Positions 1-9,504 of a stretch of DNA of 64,000 nt are shown here, piece after piece (position 1 is the first letter of the stretch; every line of letters starts with the position of its first letter). Made by a program: the position numbers and the translations under genes. Below the pieces are notes generated by a model. The model was not told the DNA's origin and searched no databases. It was given only the letters and a program-made list of their open reading frames with translations. Origin of the DNA: an uncultured Enterobacteriaceae bacterium (GTDB taxonomy: Bacteria > Pseudomonadota > Gammaproteobacteria > Burkholderiales > SG8-39). The stretch lies in NCBI GenBank assembly GCA_964393745.1, contig CAYMVA010000054.1, positions 16,406-80,405 on the forward strand. Direction: 5' to 3'.

Positions 1-1
1 C

Positions 2-1369
2 CCGGCGGTGTTGCGGCAGGCGGAGTTCTATCTCGGCGAGCGCGTGTTCCAGAAAGCGGTGCGCGAATTCCTGCGCCAGCATGCCTACGGTGCGGCCGAC
101 TGGAAGGATCTGGTGCGCGCGTTCGAGCGCACCTCGGGCAAGCGCCTCGGGCGCTGGGCCGACGCCTGGGTGCAGCGGCGCGGCGCGCCATCGGTACGCG
201 CTCGCTGGGAGATCGATGCGCGCGGCCGGCTCGCGAATTTCCGCGTCGAGCAGCGCGATGGGCTCGCCGAGGGTGGCCTCTGGCCGATGCGCTTGCGCAT
301 CGCGGCGTTAGGCGCAGGCGGCGCTGCGCGCACCGCGGATGTGCAGCTCGATCGCGGCAGCGCGCCGGCGCCGAAGCTGCACGGTCTCGAGACGCCGGTG
401 CTCGTTTTTCCGAATGCCGGCGACTTTGGCTACGGCAGATTCTTTCTCGACCCGCAGAGTCTCGCTACCGCGCTCGATCCGGGGTTTCGCGCGCCCGATG
501 CGCTTCTCCAGGCGCAACTCGCCGAAGCGCTGTGGGAAACGGTGCGCGAGGCCGAGCTCGCGCCGCAGCGCTTCATCGAGTACGCGCTCCGTGAGCTGCC
601 GCGCACGCGCGACGACATCGCGCTCTCGGCGCTGCTTGCGCGCATCGAGGCCGCGTTTCGCAGGTATCTATCTGATTCGCAACGCGATACCGTCGCCGCG
701 GCGATCGAGCACGCGCTGCTTGCAGATGGCGCGCTCGCGGCGCCGACCCAGTCGAAACGCATTATTTTTCTGCGCGCCTTCGCCTCGATTGCGTGGTCGC
801 GCGAGGCGCTCGGCGATCTGAAGCGCCTGCTGGATGGCGCGCTCGAAGTGCCGGGCGTGCGGCTCGCCTCGCGCGACCGCTTCCGCATGGTGCAGCGCCT
901 GCTGGTGCGCGGCGATCCCGAGGTCGCTGCACGGCTTGCGGCGCAGGCTGCAGCGGATCGGAGCGACGACGGCAGGCGCTATGCCTACGGCGCCGGCGCG
1001 GCGGCGGCGGACGCCGAAGTGAAGCGCGCGCTGCTGCGCGCTTTCCGCGATGACGCGGCGCTGCCCGAGAGCTGGATCGAGGAAGCGCTCGCGCCGCTCA
1101 ACGCCCCCGAGCACGCCGCGCTCACGCGGCCGCTGCTCGGCGAGGCGCTCGATCTGCTGCCCGAGCTCAAGCGCAGCCGCAAGATCTTTTTCGTCAATAG
1201 TTGGCTCGCGGCGTTCGTAGGCGGGCAGACAAGCTCCGAGGCGCTTGCCACCATCGAGGCGCTGCTACGCAGCCAGCGGCTGGAGCCCGACCTGCGCCTG
1301 AAGCTGCTCGAGGCGGCGGATGGCCTGGAGCGCGCGGTGCGCATTCGCGCGCGCTTTAGCCGGGACTGA
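2..1369 (+). CDS. M1-family aminopeptidase (PepN-like), C-terminal part; 5' end outside window
   Basis: Frame is open from the window edge (PAVLRQAEFYLG...FLRQHAYG..W.DL, typical of the M1 region after the catalytic motifs), followed by an ERAP1_C-like helical tail. The HEXXH motif is not in the window. Confidence 0.75.
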   Translation, partial: PAVLRQAEFYLGERVFQKAVREFLRQHAYGAADWKDLVRAFERTSGKRLGRWADAWVQRRGAPSVRARWEIDARGRLANFRVEQRDGLAEGGLWPMRLRIAALGAGGAARTADVQLDRGSAPAPKLHGLETPVLVFPNAGDFGYGRFFLDPQSLATALDPGFRAPDALLQAQLAEALWETVREAELAPQRFIEYALRELPRTRDDIALSALLARIEAAFRRYLSDSQRDTVAAAIEHALLADGALAAPTQSKRIIFLRAFASIAWSREALGDLKRLLDGALEVPGVRLASRDRFRMVQRLLVRGDPEVAARLAAQAAADRSDDGRRYAYGAGAAAADAEVKRALLRAFRDDAALPESWIEEALAPLNAPEHAALTRPLLGEALDLLPELKRSRKIFFVNSWLAAFVGGQTSSEALATIEALLRSQRLEPDLRLKLLEAADGLERAVRIRARFSRD

Positions 1370-2070
1370 TGGAAACGTTTCGCGCTTTCACCTGGCTGCA
1401 CGCCGCGGCGCTGACGGCGATCTTCGCGCTGACGGCAATCGCAGTCGCGATCGCGCGGCGCCGCCCGCCGCCGGCGTCGCCCACGGCCACGGAGCGCGCG
1501 ATCGGCTGGGCCTACATGGCGGCGTGGGTCACCACCTACACGTTCCTGCTTTTTCCGCCGCTGCACGACCCGGCCAAAACCTACCCGCTGCAGCTGTGCC
1601 ACCTGAACGCGCTCGCCGCGGCGCTGCTGCTCGCCACCGGATGGCGCTGGTTGCGGCCGCCGGTGTATTTCTGGGGCTTCGCGCTTTCCACGCAGGCGCT
1701 CGTCACGCCCGCGCTCAGGGAAGGCCCGGCGCTGTACCCATTCTGGTTCTTCTGGAGCACGCACGGGCTAATCGTAGGCGTCGCGCTCTACGACGTGCTC
1801 GCGCGCGGCTACCGCCCGACGCTGCGCGATTACGGCATCGCCTGCGCCGGTGCGGCGGCATACGTTGCCATTATCCTGCCGCTCGACCTCGCTTTCGGCT
1901 GGAACTACGGTTTCGTGGGACCGTCCAAGCCCGATTTCCCCACTATCGTCGATGCGCTCGGCCCCTGGCCCGAGCGCCTGATCCTGATCGTGCTGCTGGT
2001 CGCGGCGGCGATGGCGCTCGCGCTGCTGCCCTGGCGATTCATCCCCCGTCGCGAAACCGTCAAACATTGA
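1369..2070 (+). CDS. YwaF/TIGR02206-like integral membrane protein
   Basis: Multiple hydrophobic segments; motifs LPLQLC, FWxxH and NYGF..KP; TGATG coupling with the upstream gene. Confidence 0.7.
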   Translation: METFRAFTWLHAAALTAIFALTAIAVAIARRRPPPASPTATERAIGWAYMAAWVTTYTFLLFPPLHDPAKTYPLQLCHLNALAAALLLATGWRWLRPPVYFWGFALSTQALVTPALREGPALYPFWFFWSTHGLIVGVALYDVLARGYRPTLRDYGIACAGAAAYVAIILPLDLAFGWNYGFVGPSKPDFPTIVDALGPWPERLILIVLLVAAAMALALLPWRFIPRRETVKH

Positions 2071-2126
2071 CCGGCTGACCGACCAAATCACGAAAGGCTT
2101 TACTCGCGCGTAGCAGGACGGGCACA

Positions 2127-2657
2127 ATGGGTTCCGTCATGGGCCCCTCGGGCGCGAACGTCGTCATTCGCCTGGCCGAGCTGCGCGACGCGCAGGCGAT
2201 CGCCGTGATGTCGCGCGACCACATCGAAACCGGGCTGGACTGGAAGTACGACGCGGCGCGCGTCATGCGCGCCATCCGCCACCGCGACACCTCCGTCATC
2301 GTGGCCTGCGATGCGCGCACGCCGGTCGGGTTCGCGATCATGGAGTTCGGCGACGACCGCGCGCATCTTGTGCTGCTCGCGGTGCAGCCGCGGCACCGGC
2401 GCAACGGCATCGGCCGCCAGCTGGTGGAATGGCTGCTGGAATCCGCGTGCACCGCAGGCATCGAGAGCGTGCACCTCGAGCTGCGCGCCAACAATGAGGC
2501 GGCACGGCGCTTCTACCGTGCGCTCGCCTTTGCCGAGACCGTGCTGATGCCGCGCTACTATGGCGGCCGCGAGGCGGCGATGCGCATGATTCGAATCCTG
2601 CGCTCCCCCGGGCCGCTGCCTCTGGCTTGGCGCCCGCCCGCGCTCGGGCAAAAGTAG
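2127..2657 (+). CDS. GNAT N-acetyltransferase (RimI-like)
   Basis: LAVQPRHRRNGIGRQL acetyl-CoA motif A; N..ARRFY..L.F and 'PRYY' motifs. Confidence 0.8.
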   Translation: MGSVMGPSGANVVIRLAELRDAQAIAVMSRDHIETGLDWKYDAARVMRAIRHRDTSVIVACDARTPVGFAIMEFGDDRAHLVLLAVQPRHRRNGIGRQLVEWLLESACTAGIESVHLELRANNEAARRFYRALAFAETVLMPRYYGGREAAMRMIRILRSPGPLPLAWRPPALGQK

Positions 2658-2658
2658 T

Positions 2659-3411
2659 TTGGATCTCGCGATCGCAGGCCGGACCGGGCTGGTCACCGGC
2701 GCGAGCGCTGGCATCGGCCGCGCCATCGCGCGCGCGCTCGGCACCGAGGGAGTGCGGCTCGCGATCACCGCCCGCAGGCGCGAGCGGCTGGAAGAGCTCG
2801 CTGCCGAAATCGAGCGCGCCGGCGGCTCGCGCCCGGCGCTCATCGAGTACGATTTCATGCGCGAGGATGCGCCCGCGCGCATCGCTGATGGCGCGCTCGC
2901 CGCGCTCGGCTCGGTCGAGATCCTGGTGAATAACGCCGGCGGCTCGCGCTCCTTCAAGCTCGACGCCTCCGACGAGCAGTGGGACGAGGCGCTGACGCTC
3001 AACTTCACCCGCCAGCGCCAGCTCACCCACAAGCTGCTCGCGCAAATGATGGCACGCAAATGGGGCCGCATTGTCAGCATCACGGGCAAAAGCGAGCCCG
3101 AGGGCATCAACGGCGCCTTCGCAGCCAAGGCGGCGATGCATTCGTGGTCAAAAGGCCTGTCGCGTGAAGTCGGCAAGCACGGCATCACGGTCAACTGCAT
3201 CCCGCCGGGGCGCATCCTCTCGGAGCAGATCCTGCGCAACTACACTCCCGAGTATCGCGCCTGGCAGTCCGAGCACGAGATCCCGGTGGGCGAGTACGGC
3301 CAGCCCGAGGACATCGCGAACCTGGTGTGCTTCCTCGCCTCGCCGCTGGCGCGCTACATCACTGGGGCGGTGATTCCGGTGGATGGCGGGCTGCGCAAAT
3401 ACCAGTTCTGA
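2659..3411 (+). CDS. SDR-family oxidoreductase
   Basis: TGASAGIG, NNAGG and GITVNCIPPG motifs; TTG start; the canonical YxxxK Tyr is absent. Confidence 0.8.
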   Translation: MDLAIAGRTGLVTGASAGIGRAIARALGTEGVRLAITARRRERLEELAAEIERAGGSRPALIEYDFMREDAPARIADGALAALGSVEILVNNAGGSRSFKLDASDEQWDEALTLNFTRQRQLTHKLLAQMMARKWGRIVSITGKSEPEGINGAFAAKAAMHSWSKGLSREVGKHGITVNCIPPGRILSEQILRNYTPEYRAWQSEHEIPVGEYGQPEDIANLVCFLASPLARYITGAVIPVDGGLRKYQF

Positions 3412-3413
3412 CC

Positions 3414-4187
3414 GTGAGCGCGTTTCCGGTGCTGTTCCTATCCCATGGCTCGCCGATGCATGCGCTCGAGCCGGGCGCGGCGGGCGACGCGTGGCGCGAG
3501 CTGGCGCGCAAGCTGCCGCGGCCCAAAGCGATCGTCATGGCCTCGGCTCATTGGGAAACGGAGGTGCCGATGCTCACCGGCGCCGCGCAGCCGGAAACGA
3601 TCCACGATTTCTACGGCTTCCCGCGCCCGCTTTACCAGATCGAGTATCCAGCGCCGGGCGCGCCGGCGCTCGCCGAGAGAGCGCGTGCGCTGCTGGGTGA
3701 AGCCGGGTTCGATGCGCGGATCGACAGCGAGCGCGGACTCGACCATGGCGCCTGGTCGCCGCTGCTGCATATGTACCCGCAAGCCGACATCTCGGTAGTG
3801 CAGGTTTCGCTCCAGACCGAGCTCGGGCCGCGCCACCACTACGAAGTCGGGCGCGCGCTCGCGCCGCTCGCCGGCGAGGGCATCCTGATCTTCGGCTCGG
3901 GCCACATGACCCACAACTTGCGCGACCGCGTGCGCCCCGACGACAACGCCTACGCGCTCGAATTCCAGGCCTGGACTGATGCGCGCATTCGCGAGCGCGA
4001 CCACGAGGCGCTGATTGAATACCGCACGCGCGCGCCGCACGCCGTGCGCGCGCACCCGAGCGATGAACATTTCCTGCCGCTGTTCGTGGCGCTCGGCGCC
4101 GCGGGCCGGGACGCCCGCGCCGAGCGCGTGCACGACGGCATCGAGGGCGTGCTGGCGATGGACGCGTACCGCTTCGACGCCGCCTGA
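3414..4187 (+). CDS. Class III extradiol ring-cleavage dioxygenase (DODA/YgiD-like)
   Basis: FLSHGSPM, SAHW, HDFYGFP, GLDHGAW, GSGHMTHN and HPSDEHFLPL motifs; GTG start inferred. Confidence 0.88.
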   Translation: MSAFPVLFLSHGSPMHALEPGAAGDAWRELARKLPRPKAIVMASAHWETEVPMLTGAAQPETIHDFYGFPRPLYQIEYPAPGAPALAERARALLGEAGFDARIDSERGLDHGAWSPLLHMYPQADISVVQVSLQTELGPRHHYEVGRALAPLAGEGILIFGSGHMTHNLRDRVRPDDNAYALEFQAWTDARIRERDHEALIEYRTRAPHAVRAHPSDEHFLPLFVALGAAGRDARAERVHDGIEGVLAMDAYRFDAA

Positions 4188-4194
4188 GCGCTCG

Positions 4195-4217
4195 AGTGTA
4201 AAGTGTGACTTTACACT
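4195..4217. repeat. Palindromic repeat family A (AGTGTAAAGT-GTG-ACTTTACACT)
   Basis: Perfect 10-bp arms with a 3-nt loop; related copies at 24739, 48319, 54565 and 58310. Confidence 0.9.
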
Positions 4218-4353
4218 TGAGCCGATCTGCGCCCGGTGGCATGAAAGGACGAGCGCAAATCGACGCCTGTCGAACCGCCCGGATCCCTTGTCCTTGCAAT
4301 CCCAGCCCCGCGGAGTAGAGTCCTCGCCACGCGCACTTTTGAGGATGTACGCG

Positions 4354-5382
4354 ATGGGCAAGGAAGCGGGCAGCACGGCGATTTCGGGTCGCCGGAATTT
4401 CTTGAAAACCCTGACCGGCGTGGGCGCGGCGGGCGCGCTCGGATTCGGGCGGGAGCTGATGGCCGCAGAGCCGCCGCCGGAGACGAACCGGATTCGTATC
4501 CCCAAGATCCCGAACAACTGCTTTGCGCCGCAGTACATGGCCGAGGACCTGCTGCGCGGCGAGGGATTTTCGAGTCTTGAGTACGTTCCAGTAGCCGGGT
4601 CGCAGGCGACCTATACCGCGATTGCAAAGGGTGACGTTGACCTGACCATGTCGTTCAGTTCGGGGTTCGTGTTGCAGGCCGACGCGGGCGCGCCGATCAC
4701 GATGCTCGCCGGGATCCACCCTGGCTGCCTGGAGCTCATCGCGTCCCGCGAAATTCGCTCGATTCGCGACCTCAAGGGCAGATCGGTCGCGGTGCCCGCC
4801 CTGAATTCCGCAAACCACGGGTTTCTCGCCAGCATCGTAGGCCATGTCGGCCTGGACCCGCGCCGCGACATCAATTGGGTCGTGATCGAGCAGCAGGCGG
4901 AATTGATACGCCAGTTCGCCGAGGGCAAGGTGGATGCGACCATCGTCAATCCACCCGTTAGCTATGAGTTGCGGCCGAAGAAAATCGGGCACGTCCTCGT
5001 CAACATGACCACCGACCGGCCGTGGTCGCAGTACTTCTGTTGCGTGCTCGCCGGGAACCGCGAATTCATCCGCAAGAACCCGGTCGCGACGAAGCGCGCC
5101 ATGCGGGCGATCCTCAAGGGCGCGGACATGTGCAGCAACCCCGAGTCGACCGCCAAGCACCTGGTGAGCCGTGGCTTCTACAAGGATCCCGGCATCACGC
5201 TGCAGATGCTGCGCGACCTTCCCTACGCCCGCTGGCGCGACTTCGACACCGAGGACACGGTGCGCTACTACGCGCTGCGCCTGCACGAGGCCGGGATGAT
5301 CAAGTCCAGCCCCAAGAAGATCCTCACTGAAATGACCGATTTCCGGATCCTGAACCAGCTGAAGAAGGAGCTGAAGACATGA
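4354..5382 (+). CDS. NitT/TauT (SsuA/THI5-like) substrate-binding protein with Tat-like signal
   Basis: SGRRNFLK twin-arginine-like leader; AAEPPPET, AGIHPGC and DRPWSQYFCC motifs; start chosen from GAGGA RBS spacing. Confidence 0.8.
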   Translation: MGKEAGSTAISGRRNFLKTLTGVGAAGALGFGRELMAAEPPPETNRIRIPKIPNNCFAPQYMAEDLLRGEGFSSLEYVPVAGSQATYTAIAKGDVDLTMSFSSGFVLQADAGAPITMLAGIHPGCLELIASREIRSIRDLKGRSVAVPALNSANHGFLASIVGHVGLDPRRDINWVVIEQQAELIRQFAEGKVDATIVNPPVSYELRPKKIGHVLVNMTTDRPWSQYFCCVLAGNREFIRKNPVATKRAMRAILKGADMCSNPESTAKHLVSRGFYKDPGITLQMLRDLPYARWRDFDTEDTVRYYALRLHEAGMIKSSPKKILTEMTDFRILNQLKKELKT

Positions 5383-6380
5383 TCAGCCGCCGCGAATTCG
5401 TGAAGGACCTGGCGCTCGCCGGCGCCGCGGGCGCGCTAGGCTTCGGGCGCGAACTCATGGCCGCCGAGCCGCCGCCGGAGACCAAGCGCATACGGCTGTT
5501 ACACGCTGGGGGGGTCTGTGTGGCGCCGCAATACGTCGCCGAGGAGATCCTTCCGGGAGAGGGATTCACCGAAGTCCAGTACCTAAAAGTGCCGGGGCCC
5601 GGGCATATCTATCCCAAGCTTGCGTCAGGGGAGGTGGACATCTCGATGGCGTTCATCGCACCTTTCATTGTCCAGGTGGAAGCGGGTGCCCCAATCGTCA
5701 TGCTGGCCGGGATTCACCCGGGGTGCTATGAGGTCTTCGCCACCAACGGCATCCGCGCAGTCAAGGAGCTCAAGGGGAAAACGGTATCGATTCCGGAGTT
5801 GAATGGCGCGCACCACTCCTTCTTCTCCATCGTCGCCTCGCACGTGGGCGTGGATCCGAAACGGGATATCAACTGGGTGGTGCAGCCGCCGGCGGAATCC
5901 ATCCGCCAACTGGCCGAAGGCAAGATCGACGCGCTGATCGGCTTCGCGCCGGTGCCGCAGGAGCTGCGCGCGAAGAAGATCGGCCAGGTGATCTTCAACA
6001 GCCTGCTCGACCGCCCCTGGTCGAATTACTTCTGTTGTGTTGTCGCCGGCAACAGCGAGTTCGTGAAGAAGCACCCGGTTGCCACCAAGCGGGCGATCCG
6101 CGCGCTGCTCAAGGGAAGCGATGTCTGCGCCACGAAGCCGGAGGAGACGGCGCGCTTTCTGGTCAAGCGCGGCTTCACCGAAAACTACGACTACGCGCTG
6201 CAGGCAATTAAGGAGCTGCCCTATTCGCGCTGGCGCGATTACAGCTCCGAGGACTCGGTGCGCTTCGTCGCCCTGCGCCTGCAGGAAGCCGGATTGATCA
6301 AGTCGAGCCCGAAAAAAATCATCGCCCAGGGCACCGACTGGCGGTTCCTCAACGAGCTGAAAAAGGAGCTGAAGGCTTGA
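5379..6380 (+). CDS. NitT/TauT substrate-binding protein, tandem paralog
   Basis: SRREFVK leader and the same motifs as the upstream gene; ATGA overlap. Confidence 0.82.
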   Translation: MISRREFVKDLALAGAAGALGFGRELMAAEPPPETKRIRLLHAGGVCVAPQYVAEEILPGEGFTEVQYLKVPGPGHIYPKLASGEVDISMAFIAPFIVQVEAGAPIVMLAGIHPGCYEVFATNGIRAVKELKGKTVSIPELNGAHHSFFSIVASHVGVDPKRDINWVVQPPAESIRQLAEGKIDALIGFAPVPQELRAKKIGQVIFNSLLDRPWSNYFCCVVAGNSEFVKKHPVATKRAIRALLKGSDVCATKPEETARFLVKRGFTENYDYALQAIKELPYSRWRDYSSEDSVRFVALRLQEAGLIKSSPKKIIAQGTDWRFLNELKKELKA

Positions 6381-6970
6381 TGCTGCCGGCATATTGCATG
6401 CGGACCGTCCTGCTCGCGTTGCTCGCCGCGTGCGCCCTGAACGCCTGGGGCCACGGCTCTGCGGCAAAGGGGCGCCTCCCCACCGTGGGCGCCGCGCCCG
6501 ACTTTACGCTCACCAGTCAGAGCGGCGATCGGGTCGCGCTCACCGACCTGCGCGGCAAGGTGCTCGCGGTCACCTTCATCTACGCCACCTGCAAGGACAC
6601 CTGCCCGATCCTGACGGCGAAAATGGCCGTCATCCAGCGCAAGCTCGGCACCGATTTCGGGCAGCGGGTGCACTTCGCCTCGATCACCGTGGAGCCCGAA
6701 ATCGATACGCCCGCGGTGCTCAAGGCCTACGCAGTGGCTCACAGCGCCGACGTCGCGGGCTGGAGCTTCCTCACCGGGCCGAGCGCCGAGATCCAGGACA
6801 CGGTCAAGCGCTACGGCGCCTTCGCCAAGCGCGTCAAGCCCGGCGACGTGGACCACCTGTTCCTCACCTCGCTCATCGACCGCAAGGGGATGATGCGCGT
6901 GCAGTACCTCGGCTACCGCTTCGACCCGGACGAAATGCTCAGGGACCTGCGCGCCCTGCTGCGCGAGTGA
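6377..6970 (+). CDS. SCO1/SenC-family copper-binding protein
   Basis: Signal/anchor peptide; FIYATCKDTCP (CxxxC), ITVEPEIDT and conserved His (VDH); TTGA overlap. Confidence 0.88.
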   Translation: MMLPAYCMRTVLLALLAACALNAWGHGSAAKGRLPTVGAAPDFTLTSQSGDRVALTDLRGKVLAVTFIYATCKDTCPILTAKMAVIQRKLGTDFGQRVHFASITVEPEIDTPAVLKAYAVAHSADVAGWSFLTGPSAEIQDTVKRYGAFAKRVKPGDVDHLFLTSLIDRKGMMRVQYLGYRFDPDEMLRDLRALLRE

Positions 6971-8487
6971 TCAGGCGGCTGCTGCGCTGGCCGCCCGACG
7001 CGATCGCGCGGGCACCGCTTTCCATCTACGCCAAGCTGCTGGCCGCGTTCCTCGTGATCGCGGGGCTGCTGGTCATCATCGGCGCGGTGGGGATTGCCGA
7101 GCTCGACGCGGTGAACCGCCGCGCCGAGGACCTGGTGAAGATCCAGCGCAAGATCGCCGCCTACCGCCAGCTGCAGCACGGCACCACCGCACAGCTCTAC
7201 AGCGTCGCCTCCGCGCTGGTGGTCGCCGATGCGCGCGCGCTCGATGCGACGCTGCGCCAGCTAAACCAGTTCGGCTACGACCTCGACCGGCTGCAGTTCG
7301 TGGCGCAGGACGAGGTCGAGATCATGGCGCGCGTGCGCAAGGACTACGAGTCCTTCATCGCCGTCGTGACCGAAGTGGTCGAGCTGATCCGCGCCGGCAA
7401 GGTGGCCGAGGGGCGCGAGGCGCAGATCGGGCGCGCCGGGCCGCTCGCCGATCGCCTGGAGCGCCTCACCAACGAGCTGGTCAACAAGGCCGAGGCCGAC
7501 ATGCTGGCGCGCATCGACGACAGCCAGGACGATTACCTGCGGTCGCGGCGCGTCGTGATCGGCTTCGTCATCGGCGGCTTGCTGCTCGCGCTCGGCCTGG
7601 GCTATGCGATTTCCCTGTCGCTGATCGACCCGGTGAAGAAAATGGCCTTGCGCTTCGACGAGATCGGCGCCGGCAACTTTTCGCGGCGGGTGGAGGTTGC
7701 CAACCGCGACGAGCTGGGTGCGCTGGCGGCGAACCTCAACCGCATGAGCGACGAGCTGGGGCGCCTGTACCGGCAACTGGAGACCGCCAACCGGCACAAG
7801 TCCGAATTCCTCGCCAACATGTCGCACGAGCTGAGGACACCGCTTAACGCCGTGATCGGTTTTTCCGAGGTGCTGCACGAGCGCATGTTCGGCGAGCTGA
7901 ACGCGAAGCAGGCCGAGTACGTCGGCGACATCCACTCTTCCGGCAAGCACCTGCTCTCGCTCATCAACGACATCCTCGACCTCTCCAAGATCGAGGCCGG
8001 GCGGATGGAACTGGAGTTGTCGGAGTTCCGCCTGCAGGATGTGCTCGAGACCGCGATCACGCTGGTGCGCGAGCGCGCCACGCGCCACGGCATCGCGCTC
8101 AGCCTCGAGGTGGCGCCGGATGTCGGCACCCTCCGCGCCGACGAGCGCAAGCTGAAGCAGGTGATGCTGAACCTGCTTTCCAACGCGGTGAAGTTCACGC
8201 CCGAAGGGGGCAGCGTGCGGGTAGCCGCGAGATTGAGCGGCCAGGCGGCCGAAGTGTCGGTGACGGACACCGGGGTGGGCATCGCGCCGCAGGACCAGGC
8301 GCTCGTGTTCGAGGAGTTCCGGCAGGTCGGCAGCGACAGCGCGCGCAAGGCCGAGGGCACGGGCCTCGGTCTCGCGCTGACCAAGAAATTCGTCGAGCTG
8401 CACGGCGGCTCGATGCGCCTCGAGAGCACCCTCGGGCGCGGCTCGACCTTCACCTTCTCCGTGCCGCTCGTGGGGTCAGGTCTTTAG
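6967..8487 (+). CDS. Membrane sensor histidine kinase (periplasmic helical domain, HAMP, HisKA, HATPase)
   Basis: Two TM segments; HAMP (NRDELGAL); H-box FLANMSHELRTPLN; N-box NLLSNAVKFT; G-boxes DTGVGI and GTGLGL; GTGA overlap with the SCO gene. Confidence 0.9.
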   Translation: MIRRLLRWPPDAIARAPLSIYAKLLAAFLVIAGLLVIIGAVGIAELDAVNRRAEDLVKIQRKIAAYRQLQHGTTAQLYSVASALVVADARALDATLRQLNQFGYDLDRLQFVAQDEVEIMARVRKDYESFIAVVTEVVELIRAGKVAEGREAQIGRAGPLADRLERLTNELVNKAEADMLARIDDSQDDYLRSRRVVIGFVIGGLLLALGLGYAISLSLIDPVKKMALRFDEIGAGNFSRRVEVANRDELGALAANLNRMSDELGRLYRQLETANRHKSEFLANMSHELRTPLNAVIGFSEVLHERMFGELNAKQAEYVGDIHSSGKHLLSLINDILDLSKIEAGRMELELSEFRLQDVLETAITLVRERATRHGIALSLEVAPDVGTLRADERKLKQVMLNLLSNAVKFTPEGGSVRVAARLSGQAAEVSVTDTGVGIAPQDQALVFEEFRQVGSDSARKAEGTGLGLALTKKFVELHGGSMRLESTLGRGSTFTFSVPLVGSGL

Positions 8488-8524
8488 TTTGCAGGCATTG
8501 CCTGCAAACTAAAGACCTGACCCC
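8472..8524. repeat. 53-bp perfect palindrome, GGGGTCAG/CTGACCCC family (family B variant); probable bidirectional terminator
   Basis: 26-bp arms GGGGTCAGGTCTTTAGTTTGCAGGCA / TGCCTGCAAACTAAAGACCTGACCCC around a single T; lies between convergent genes and contains the kinase stop codon. Confidence 0.9.
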
Positions 8525-8532
8525 CATGCTTT

Positions 8533-9504
8533 TCAGTCGATCTTCGCCCCGGACACCCGCACCACCTCGGCCCAGCGCGCGTAGTCGTCCTCGAACAGCT
8601 TGCGGTAGTCGGCCGCCGAGCCGCCCATGGGCGCAGCGCCGAGCGTCTGCACGCGGTTCCTGAATTCCGGGTCGGCGAGCAGCTTGTTGGTCTCGGCATT
8701 GATGCGCTCGGCGATCGCCGCCGGAAATCCGTTCGGCGCCACCACCGCGAACCAGACCGAGGATTTGAGGTTCGCTATGCCCTGCTCCCCCGTGGTCGGC
8801 ACCTCGGGCAGCCCCGGCCAGCGCTGCTCCGCCAGCACCGCGATGGCGCGCACCCGCCCCGCCTTCACCTGTGCCTGGATGCCGGTCATCAACTGGAACA
8901 TGAGCTGGGTGCGGCCCGAGATCAGGTCCTTGGTGGCGTCCGCCGGTACGCTGTAGGGGATGTGCGTCATTTTGGTCGCGGTGAGCGTCTTGTAGAGCTC
9001 GCCCGCGAGGTGCATCGAGCTGCCATTCCCCGTGGAGCCGAAATTGAGCTTGTCGGGATTCGCCTTCACGTAGTCGGTGAATTCCGCCAGCGTCTTCACC
9101 GGCACATCGGGATGCACCACCAGGATGTTGGGCACGTCGCCCACCAGCACGATTCCCGTGAGCTCCTTCTTCGGGTCGTAGGGCATCGCCTTGTACACGT
9201 GCGGGTTGATCGCGATCATGCTCGAGGCGGCCATGCCGATGGTGTAGCCGTCGGGGTCGGCCTTGGCGATCGCCGCGAGGCCGGTGTTGCCCTGCGCGCC
9301 GGGGCGGTTCTCGACGATGAAGTTCTGGCCGAGCACCTTGCCGTAGGTGTCGGCAAGAAAGCGCGTCAGCGGATCGATGGTGCCTCCGGGGCCCGCCGGA
9401 ATCACGAAGCGGACCGGCTTCGCGGGCCAGGTCTGCGCCTGCGCGGCAACGGGTAGAACTGCGGCGGCGAGCGCGATGAGCAGCGATGCGAGTAAGCGTT
9501 TCAT
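8533..9504 (-). CDS. TctC/Bug tripartite tricarboxylate transporter substrate-binding protein
   Basis: Signal peptide; WPAKPVRFVIP, VENRPGAQGNTG, PDGYT and GSTGNGSSMHL motifs. Confidence 0.9.
   Translation of the reverse strand: MKRLLASLLIALAAAVLPVAAQAQTWPAKPVRFVIPAGPGGTIDPLTRFLADTYGKVLGQNFIVENRPGAQGNTGLAAIAKADPDGYTIGMAASSMIAINPHVYKAMPYDPKKELTGIVLVGDVPNILVVHPDVPVKTLAEFTDYVKANPDKLNFGSTGNGSSMHLAGELYKTLTATKMTHIPYSVPADATKDLISGRTQLMFQLMTGIQAQVKAGRVRAIAVLAEQRWPGLPEVPTTGEQGIANLKSSVWFAVVAPNGFPAAIAERINAETNKLLADPEFRNRVQTLGAAPMGGSAADYRKLFEDDYARWAEVVRVSGAKID

Noticed and set aside
4197-4215. Family A palindrome as a TyrR/PhhR box
   Set aside because: The TyrR consensus is TGTAAA-N6-TTTACA; all copies here have N7 and longer arms, and two lie deep inside CDSs.
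5507-5519. G7 tract/GGGGTCTGT in the second SBP as a phase-variation site or family B half-site
   Set aside because: The tract is short, the frame is intact, and the match is only 9 bp.
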